Shown in pieces: positions 50,529-60,418 of a stretch of DNA of 64,000 nt (within the stretch, counting starts at the first letter, position 1; every line of letters begins with the position of its first letter). The notes beneath the pieces are model-generated. The model had not been told where the DNA came from. It saw only the letters and a list, made by a program, of their open reading frames with translations, and searched no databases. The DNA is taken from positions 1,488,001-1,552,000 of the forward strand of contig CM102286.1 of NCBI GenBank assembly GCA_046563655.1, written 5' to 3'. This DNA is from Yuukianura sp. NJ FZ-2021. Its lineage: Eukaryota. The translations under genes and the position numbers were made by a program.

Positions 50529-52038
50529 ATGGCGGAACTCAACAAAACCAATTCAGCAACAGCCAAAAAACCAAACGGATTGGTAATATAAGATTCAGTT
50601 TTAAGTTTTTAAATTTCACTTAATTTGAAAGTTATTGTCTTTCGACAAAGTTTAACATTTTTATTTAACAAATCAGTTCAATTGACGTGAATTTTTGTTA
50701 AATTGTTGCTGAGATCTTATGTGTTTGAAATGTCGTTGTTGTTTTTTTTTTATTTTTAGCGTGAACTAATTCGATCAAATTCGGAAAAACTTGGAGATGC
50801 TGCAGAAATTTTGGTTTTACCAAAAAACAAAAGAAGTTTAAGAAGGCGACACACGACAGACAATAATGATCCGGAAACGGTTTCCGTTGAATCCGATATG
50901 GATCCGAATAAGCGCTACTGCCCATGGCTATTCAGCGTCATCGTATTTTCTCAGGTCAGTCAAATGCGTTTTTACATTTTTACGTATTTACAAGTTTACA
51001 TTTTTACGTTATTTTAAATTTAAATGACCTTTGACCTTTAACAATCCTGCATGTTATAGGTCGGTGTTTTGCTCTTCGCAAAGAATTTCACGTGGCTCAC
51101 GCTTTGCTACGATCCGTTCCGTCGGCACGAAGTCTGGAGATTCGTGTCCGTAGCATTTGCACATGCCGAGTGAGTCTAAAATGCAATTTTCTAAAATTCA
51201 AATTTTGAAAGTTTAGAAATGATGAATATGATTTTGTTTGTCTTGTGTAGCGCAGCGTATTTAGCGAAGCTCGCTGTGTTTGAAATCATTCTTGGCGCGA
51301 CGTTAGAAGCAACGCATGGATGGTTGCGTACTGGTCCAATTTTTGTGTCAGGGGTCATCACGGGGTCACTTTTCAGAACAATATTCTCACCACAATCATA
51401 TGCTGTGGGAGCAGGAGGTGGTATTTACGGCTTGCTAGCTGCACATATCGCAACACTAGTTTTCGTAAGTTCAAATTTTAAGGGCTTAAACAAAAACTAA
51501 GCAAAAAGTTTCCAATTTTAGAACTACTTTTCCCAATTTTTTTTAGAACTGGAAACAAATGGAATGGAAACTCTTTCGAATTCTGCTTCTCACTGTCTTC
51601 ATTTTGCTGGACGTTGTTTTGCCCGCTGTTTTAATACCGAAATATGCGGTAATTTAAAAACGATTCAAAATTTTTAACATTTTAGAAAACTAGTTGATAT
51701 TTTGTTTCTAATTTTAGATCTACTATTCGGGCACCTTTGGTGGAGCTGTGGGAGGATTCGTTGTGGCGCTTTTTCTGTTGAAAAATTTTGAAGTTTTGCC
51801 GTGGGAATCAAAATTTAAGAAAATTGTGGGCGGAATTGGAGTGGCCATTTTTGTTGTAATTGTTATTGTGAACGTGGCTTACCCCAGTCACTACTACCCC
51901 ACTGAATATAGCACTGACTATGTTCAAACATGGGTTAACTACATTATTGGAAAGATTAGACAAGCGTGTCTTTTGGATGAAGAGTGCAAGACAAGGTTGC
52001 TTGCCAATGCCACTACCACTGTCAGTACAATTTCATAA
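50529..52038 (+). CDS. Rhomboid-family membrane protein (Rho/RHBDL type), predicted catalytically inactive, 6 exons
   Basis: YDPFRRHEVWRFVSVAFAHA, ILGATLEATHGWLR, VGAGGGIYGLLAAH, NWKQM, LLKNFE...WE; GxSG is GAGG and the TM6 His region reads YSGTFGGAVGG. Confidence 0.85.
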
Positions 52039-52234
52039 AATTTCAAATTTTACAAACAACTAAATCTATTCCATTTCAATTATCGATTTCATTCACATAG
52101 CAAGTTAAAAACCCAAGAATTGTTTAAAATAGTTTTGGACAAATAATACACTGATACTCTAACATTTGTAAAAGCTAAATGAAAAATTTAAAAAATTCGA
52201 GCAGGAAAAATTAAAAAGGGAGTAACAGTGACTT

Positions 52235-53021
52235 TTAGGCCGCTGGAGCTGGTGTAGGTTCGGGCGTTGGTGCGGGGGATAGGTACTCGCAGATGTAGCG
52301 ATTCCTCTTATCATCTTCTTGAGATGCCCATCCATATGAAAACAGAGTATTTTCAATAACAATTCGAGCATCGCCATTCAGCTGCGACGGCTGATTGGCT
52401 AGCCAGTTGACGTATCCAAGCTCTCCTCCCGTGGAAACCCATCGCCAAATTCCAAGCTCCGTATCGTAGGCTCCAGAAGTCCAAACACTTGCTGTATATA
52501 GAAGTTACTTTTAAAATTTGGGTTATTTAAAAAAAATAGAAATTTGAAATTGAAAAGAATCCATTTTACCAACGTGGTTTTCAATGAGAAGGTCACGAAC
52601 AAACTGATCTTCAGCTTGTGTTTCAATTGAGAGGAGTTGACCATTCATGACTTGGCGACAAGTCAACCACGCTGTACCCCAGACGGACTAAAATTTAGTG
52701 CAAAGCGGTTGAGTAGTTTATTTTTATTTTTGGAAATTTGAAGCTTACTGGAGTTCGACTCATGTAGTAAACGGTTTGAGCACTGATGTCATCATTGAGA
52801 TCAAGTCTTTGCCTATGGTTTTTATCCAGCCGTGAACCGAGACGAATAAAGTCTGTTTCAAAGATGCAAATTTAAATATTAGGAAACACTTCCGAAAAAA
52901 AATTATTTGAAAATATTTTCAAAAACTTACTTGATTCTTCCTTGTCGTCAAAAACCTTTTTTCCCTGGACAAGCAGAACAGAAGCAACAAAAACTGAAAT
53001 TGCTTTAATAAATTTTGGCAT
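52235..53021 (-). CDS. Secreted C-type lectin-domain protein (paralog 2, short tail), 4 exons
   Basis: MPKFIKAISVFVASVLLVQG; YYMSRTP|SVWGTAWLTCRQVMNGQLLSIETQAED; VWTSGAYDTELGIWRWVSTGG; RYICEYLSPAPTPEPTPAPAA*. Same intron positions as paralogs 1 and 3. Confidence 0.87.
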
Positions 53022-53596
53022 GTCAAATGTAAATGAATTTCAATTGGTTGGAGAATTTAAATTCTGGATTCAACCAAGGTTTAAATCAAAGCAAGAATTT
53101 TACGCGAAAAGAAGAAAGAAACTCGACTTTTTTTGTTCGTTTTTGTCAATCTATTTTTATTTTCTTTCTGAAAACCCAATACCTTTGGTTGCTTTCCTTG
53201 TTTTTCTTTGAAAAATGCAAAGACTGAAGCGTAGTCATTGTTACTTCATTACTGCCCTGTAGTTTTTTTCAGTTTGAACACAGAAACAGCTTAGAAACAC
53301 AAAAGGCAGCCAAACTGCGGTTCATCCTTCAACAGGGAAACACTTAAATACTTCTACTTAATACCGACTTGATTTTGATTTGAATGATTTGACTTGTGTT
53401 GCGTTTTTCTTTTGCCAAGCAGTCCCATGAGCAAACTCATAAAAAAACAGACACGCCGAGGTTATCTTACCTAGAGCCATAATTGAAAACGGATGTCATA
53501 AATCATAGACATAAATCATAGGAACAATCATAAGCGCTAGTATTTAGTTTTGATCACAGGAAAACAAACGTTTTGTTGAAAGCTGTTTTGCCAAAG

Positions 53597-53676
53597 AGCG
53601 TGTCTTTAGAAGAAAAGTACAAAGCAACCTTGCTAGCCAATTCCACGATCAGTACAATTTTGTAAAATTTCAAATT
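53597..53676 (+). pseudogene. Decayed copy of the rhomboid 3' end carried along in the lectin duplication
   Basis: agcgtgtctttagaagaaaagtacaaagcaaccttgctagccaattccacgatcagtacaattttgtaaaatttcaaatt aligns with 51963-52050. Confidence 0.75.
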
Positions 53677-53814
53677 CATAAGAACCAGATTTAGGCCATT
53701 TCACGTTTAGGAATATTCAATTAGCAGGTTAAAAGCTAGAATCATTTAAAATAAGTCTAGTCTAACATTTGTGAAAGCTGAACGTAGAGTTATAAAAATT
53801 TGAGCCGGTGATTG

Positions 53815-54661
53815 TTAGGCCGCTGGAGGTAGTGCAGGTACGGGCGTTGAATCTGGGATCGGGGGTTCAGTGGTGGGTTCCGTTGTGGGTGGTGTTTCAG
53901 TGGAGGGTGTAGGTTGTTCGACCGGGGCTGACCTGACCTCACAGATATAGTGACCTGTCGTGTCCTCTCCAACAGTTGCCCACCCATTGGAAAACAAGGA
54001 ATTTTGAATTACAATTCGAGCGGTAATATCTGACGACGCCGGCTGATTGGCCAGCCAGTTGACATATCCGAGCTCTCCTCCAGTAGAAACCCAACGCCAA
54101 ATTCCAAGCTCTGGGTCGTAGGCTCCAGAAGTCCATACGCTTGCTGTAAACATGTTTTTAGAATTTGGATTACTTGTAAAACGCGAAATTTGAAATTAAA
54201 AAGCTAATTTACCAATGTGGTTTTCAATGAGAAGATCACGAACAAACTGATCTTCAGCTTTAGTTTCAATTGTGAGGAGTTGGCCGTTCATGGCTTGACG
54301 ACAGGTCAACCAAGCTGTGCCCCAGACGGACTAAAATTTGATTCAAAATTTTAGTTTTCAGTAATTTTTTTCATACTTCAAAATTTTGGAACATACTGGA
54401 GTCCGGCTGACGTAGTAAACATTTTGAGCACCGGTATCATCATTGAGGTCACGTCTTTGGCGATGATCTTTTTCCAACCGTGAACCAAGCCGAATGAAGC
54501 CTTTTAAAAAAAAATCCCGCTTAAAAAGCGTTTCCAAAAAAGTTGTTTGAAATTATTTTCAAAAGCTTACTTGGTTCTTCCGTGTTTTCAAAAATGTTTC
54601 GTCCCTGGACAAGCAGAAGTGTAGCGACGAGAACAGAAATTGTTCCGAAAATTCTCGCCAT
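53815..54661 (-). CDS. Secreted C-type lectin-domain protein with Pro/Thr/Glu tail (paralog 3), 4 exons
   Basis: MARIFGTISVLVATLLLVQG; HRQRRDL; YYVSRTP|SVWGTAWLTCRQAMNGQ; VWTSGAYDPELGIWRWVSTGG; WLANQPA; HYICEVRSAP. Confidence 0.88.
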
Positions 54662-54755
54662 GTTGAATTTCAAAGGGAATTATGAAAATTTAAATTGAAA
54701 GTTTTGAATTTTGCGCTTTGTTAAACTATGAATAATTTTGCAACGTTTGTTCAAC

Positions 54756-54763
54756 TATTTATA
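54756..54763 (-). promoter_or_regulatory. Putative TATA box of lectin paralog 3
   Basis: TATAAATA on the - strand about 30 nt upstream of an Inr-like TCATAGT and ~100 nt upstream of the ATG. Confidence 0.4.
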
Positions 54764-55337
54764 TGCTAATTGCTTAACAATTTTTCAATGGTGATTCACG
54801 ACTAAATGTAGTTCCGACTAAAGTCGATTAACGTCGATAATGAACCCCTGGAGAAGATAGTTATTCAAAATCATAATCAATTAAAGTGAAAAGTTAGTTA
54901 AACTTAACAACAGTTCTCTAATCTTTACAACCAAATCTGTCAACATGTAATCGGTAATCTGCGCTGGAAAATTGATTTGCTGTAGAAACTTCGTACTTCC
55001 CAAACTCCATTTCGGAAAATTTCCACAAAATTTGCAAATTCAAAATCCATTCCAAGAATTAAGGTTCAAAAAATGTCAGTTGGCGTTTTGTTACAGTTGT
55101 AAACTTTATCCACTCAAAGTTCAAAATCGCTTGATTAAAGTTGAGAATCCCAAAACCATTTCCTGCTAATCATAAGTAAGTGAGTATAGATGCAAAACTT
55201 CACGATCAGTCACTAATTTTAAGTGGTGGTTTTTAAATTTTCCATTTAATAAAAAAAGTGAAGCGTTTTTGAAACATTTTCCAATGTTTTAAAATTAAAG
55301 TAACTTTGGATTTATTTAAATATTTTTTGAAAGTATG

Positions 55338-58300
55338 CTAATGTGGAACTGCTAGTTGGTAAAAATGAATGTCTTTGAGTAGGTATGAAGAGTAGAGCAG
55401 GGAAACTGCCATTGGAAGGAGGTGGACAAGGATTGCCCAGCCGAGGATCCATGTTGTCGTGGTGAAGCTCCGGTCATCTACGGGGTCAATGACCTCTTGA
55501 CCTGTGTAGTTTGACCTTTGACCTTGACTGGCTAATGAGTCAGTGGAGTTTGTGTGTAGTCTATAGATGATATTTGAATGTAAGCTGAGTATGGTGTAAT
55601 TAAATGCTGGAATGAGACCACACAGTCCAACTACATGGACCAGGAAAAGAGCCTTGGGATTTGTCTGCTGAGTGCCAACCACTGTAACAATTTTAAACAA
55701 AAGTTTAGCAATTAGAACTAATGAACGTCAACATAGTTTTTGGGTTTTAGAAATTTAAAACTTCCCACCAAAACTTCTCTTTGAAATTTAATTATACTTT
55801 GGGTTTGACGGACTAAAATTAAACCTAATTCAACAAGAATGAAAAGCAAAGCTTTCTAGCAAATTTTTGAACTAATTTAGGCGTATCTTTTGAGCTATTA
55901 CAAATATTTTGAATCGGAAAATTCAAAACGCGGAAAATTTTTGAAAAATACTAGAAATTGATTTCCGACTTTCAAATTAGAGTTTAATTATGTGTTGTTA
56001 GTTAATTGAGTTTTAGTTAATAAGGTTATTACATCTTGTCAAAATACACTTGAGAGCTTCTATTTGGGGCAGTAATTTTCATTTATTTTCATTTTTCAAT
56101 GAATTTGGCACGTTTCAGCAATAAATTCATGTTGTGTGACATATAACCGTAAACATTCTTTTGTTTTGTTCTCAAAAGCAATGCCTCTCTCATAACTGCG
56201 TGTTACTTTTCAAAAATTCCCGGGAGAAAACTTGCAAAAAAGCATTTTTTTCCTTACAACTGTCCGAAGACATGCAACTGATTTTCAGGTGAGGTTATAA
56301 ATTTTAACTGACGCAGTTTTCAAAATACTGTATGCTCCAGAAAACATAAAACACAATCCCTAAAAAAAATTAATGAAATTTTATGGTAGTATAGTACTTA
56401 ACGGTGGCTTAAGCTGTTTTGGCTGCACTTTCCTGGAAGTTTGTAATCAAAAAGCGCCAAAAAATTTTTGGAATAGGATTTCGGATTTCCATATAATGAA
56501 AAACGTGATTAATGCGCATCAGCAAAAACTCAATAACAAACTCCCAAACGCATCTACGTGTTTGTGTTCATGATGAAGCGAATTTCCATTTCAAAGAATT
56601 CCTCAAGCGCACTTTTCGTTCAAAATTCCTCAACTGGAAAATTCAAAACATCTATAAATTCCTCCACGCCGCTTGCATTCAGCACTAGCATTTTTTTAAA
56701 ACCAAAGTCACTCAAACGCAGCACTACTTTCAAAAAACCTGACATTTTTAAATCCTTGCCATTTCCGCCGATTTGCAAATTGAAAACGTCTACGTGTTCT
56801 TTTTAATACTTTTCAAATTCCTGGCTTTGAATTGTGCAAATTGAAAATGTCAAGTTTTAAGCTTAAGAGCTGTCTTCAAGCAAAAATTTAAACACAAAGC
56901 GGAAAGAAATCGACTGAGGCAGAAGCTTTTGTGTTGTCTTACGATAAGACCAGAAAGTGAAAGTTGCTGAGAACAAAATTTGAAATTGTAGGAGTAAACT
57001 ACTAGTAAAACAAGAGCTCCTGTCACTTTCTAATCCTGTCTGATGTCAGCTCCTATTTTAGATAAACCCAACTCAGAGTTTTAGTAGCTGCTGGCTAGAA
57101 TTTTAGAAGAATAGACTTTAGTATACAACAGGCAAGATTCCCTAGGGAAAAGTGGCAGAAAAGGATAAATTTCATTTCTGCTGACTACAACTAATGTTCT
57201 TTCGGTCGCTTCTTTTTGTACCGAGAGACACTTTGTAGCCATCTATCACCAACATACCGCAGTCGTATTTACAAGAAAAGTGACACTTCTGGGACTTAAC
57301 GCAAATCACATCAAGTTTTTGAAGTTGGGAAACGACAAATGTTTGACAAGCCATTTTACATTTCTGACGCACTTATAACTAAAAGAGAAGAAAAGAGAAA
57401 AAGGCGGGTAAAGTTACAAAGAAAGGAGAAAAAATCTGTTTGAATCTTCGCTAACTTTCTCTTCTTTTTCTTTTTTTCTGTCTAAAAAGGTTTCTAATGT
57501 GGTGAAAGTCTTTTGTTCGCAAGAACAACCGAAACGCGTCTTATTTGTCAGAATTCTGAGTAATGGAAATGCTCTTTTCCACTTTCTTGGATTGACATAG
57601 ATTCAATTTTTGTGCAAAACTTTTTCCTTTTGTGTTTGTTCTGAGATGAAAGTAATTTTTTTTGTACCTGAACAACAGATGATGATCATGGCAGAGATGA
57701 GACTGAATCCAAGTCCCAGCAGAATTCTTTCTTCTATGATAGCCATTGCACTGAGGATCATTAGAGTAAGCCCAAGGACAATCTAGAGCAAAGTTGAACA
57801 AAAGAAAAAAGTGAAACTTTGTTGGTGAAAGTGAAACAAATTTCTTGAGGGTAAATGTACAAAAGTTCCTGTTTTTTAACTTTTTAGAAAATATTTTAAT
57901 GAGGAAAGCATAGAATTACACTGTGAAACCAGGAAATATGATAAGCAAACAGAGAGAAAGTTGAAAAGTAAAGTGAAAACTGATTTGGTGATTTCGAAAA
58001 TTTTAACAGCAAAGAACAACGTTCTCCACTTTCATAGTTTCATCACATACTTCAATTTCAACTTTTCAACTTCCGTTTTGCTTATCTTTGAAAAGCTCAA
58101 TTTTGAAAAACGCGGTTGTACATGTTACATTTTGGTATAATGTTTTGTTCAAAATCGATTAACCTATCGCCAGGAGCCAAATTTTGAAAAAAAAAGTTTA
58201 AAAAAAATTTTTTTTTCTTGTCCATAGATAAAATGCTCAAACGTCAATGCAATTTAGTCAACTTATGTACCAAGTTCAACCAAGTCCTTCAGAAATTTCC

Positions 58301-60418
58301 GGGTGTAACTTTTTTTAAGTTACAAAAAAATGTTGTCCGTAGGGGCCACTTTAAATTTTCAATTACTTTCCTCGTGTTATTTGTTAAAGTAGTAAAAGTT
58401 TTTTCAATTTTATTTTTACTTTTGCCATTTTTTACAAAGAAATTCCTCACAGGAGACTCACTTCCGTAAAGTGATTCAAAAGTGTAACTTTTTTGTGACT
58501 TGTTTGTACACATTACATTAGATTACGCCATGTCAAATTGAAGGATTTGAGTACTGTTAAGGTTACACTTTTGATAAAAACAATGCAATCAATTAATGCT
58601 AATCGGCCGTTACACTCTGACATTTTTTTCTCTCCAGGAAATGAAACCTTGACTAAAATTGCAAATTCAGTAAACCAACCTTGACAAACTTGAACCTCAA
58701 AACATTTAAAATGGAATTCAAATTTCACTTTTTTTGACTTCACAATTTAATTAGTTTTTACGCACATACTACATGGTAAACCAGTGATCTCGTCCTAAGA
58801 ATTACCTCAACATGCGGAAGAAATCAAATTTTTGATGAAAAAATACAAACCAAAAAAGTTCAAGTTTAGAGACACCAAGGATATCAACATTTTTAAGACA
58901 AACGTGCACAAAAGCTGACCTTTTAGTAATTTTTCTTATTTTTTAGTATCTACCACTGTTAAGTAATTTATGTTAATTGCAAATGCATTTGTTAATTCTA
59001 TTTACAAAAGAATGTTTTCACAAAAATTCGAAATGAAAGTTATCCAAAATTTGTAAAATTTTCCCCTCTTATGCCAGAGAAATTAGAGAGTTGACTTTCA
59101 ATTTTTTTGATTTTTTTTTTCAAAAAAACAAAATTACTTAAACTGAAGAAACTTTATGTACACTTCCAGAAATGTGTTTGATCACACTTAACCTTGACTG
59201 GAGCTGAGCAATTAAGCGTATAACGTCGATCGATTAACTTAAGTCAATGTTGACCTTTCATTTTTTTTTTGTCTTTTTTAGGCTACTCCACGCGTTCAAG
59301 TCACAAAGCCTTGTGTTAACAGCTACCCTAATTGTTTTCCGATGCTTTAGAAGAAAATACCGGGAGAATTCAAATAATCATTTGAAATAATGGTGGCAAT
59401 TTCATGGCTCTGAGTAGCCTAGTTAAGCCAATGGTCACAAGAGTCCTTGTTTTCCAAAGTGTTATATATAATGAACAAAATAGAGTTCATTTGTAAAGAT
59501 TTGTTCTCAACTTTCCTTTTTCTTTTGAACTTTTGTTTTCTTTTTTTCTCTCCTGTTAAAAACACGTTTTCTGGAACAAATCCCGGAAGCTGTAGAGCAC
59601 CACTTGGTCAGCAAAAAAGTTTCTGATATTTTTTCTAACAAAATTGAAAATTAGTTCTAAAATGCTTTTTTATGGTATTATAGACGCAAGTTCTACAAAG
59701 TTTTCTTCTACAAAAGTTGCCAATTTTTATTAACTTTGGTTCAGAAGTTAAGAAATGGTTACAAATTCTTCTGAGCAAGAAGTTTAACAAAAAAAAGACA
59801 AGCTGTTAGATTAAAAAAATGTAGAAACGGACATAATTTTGAACCTAAAAATGGCCACACTAGAATTTGAAAGAAATTTGCTAGGAGAAGTAAAATGTTT
59901 TTTTGTCTGATTTGATCAAAAACCAATTTCACATCTGAGTCAACATTAAGTGAACCTTGAGAACGGATTTCAGCAAGTTTTTTATCAGTTTGCGTCAGCT
60001 GCCTTGTACCTCTTCTTCTACCTTACATTTTTTACTCTTTTCAAAAATCCATTTCAATTTGGAAACTTTTGGTTGCATTTCATCTTCAGTCAACATTTAG
60101 CCAAAGGCAATGACAGTGAGACTGACAAATGAAAGTTGTGAATCTTTCTAACTCTGACTTCTGAAACTTTTTTCTTTTAATGAAAACAAAAAAGACACAA
60201 AATTTTGGTACAATTCTCGTTTTGAGAACTTTTTGAAACTAAAAGTAAAATTTGAAAATTTTGTTTACCTGCATGACTTGTAGCCTTAATATTTTCTGTT
60301 GGACGTTTTTTAGTGCTGGATTACGTCTAGCTCCTTGTCCGTAGCAAGGATCATTTGAAGTTGTTGGAAGAGCTTCACTTACAAAACTTACAGAAATCTT
60401 TCTAGAGTTTCCAACCAT
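55338..60418 (-). CDS. Four-TM membrane protein, CD20/MS4A-like topology, ~202 aa; exons 60418-60269, 57782-57668, 55681-55338
   Basis: Exons join in phase 0 then phase 1 (609 nt): ...KILRLQVMQ|IVLGLTLMILSAMAII...GLGFSLISAMIIICCS|VVG...LFLVHVVGLCGLIPAF...WILGWAILVHLLPMAVSLLYS. Four hydrophobic segments; LQxxQIxLG TM1 pattern; N-glycosylation sequons in the last loop. Confidence 0.65.
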
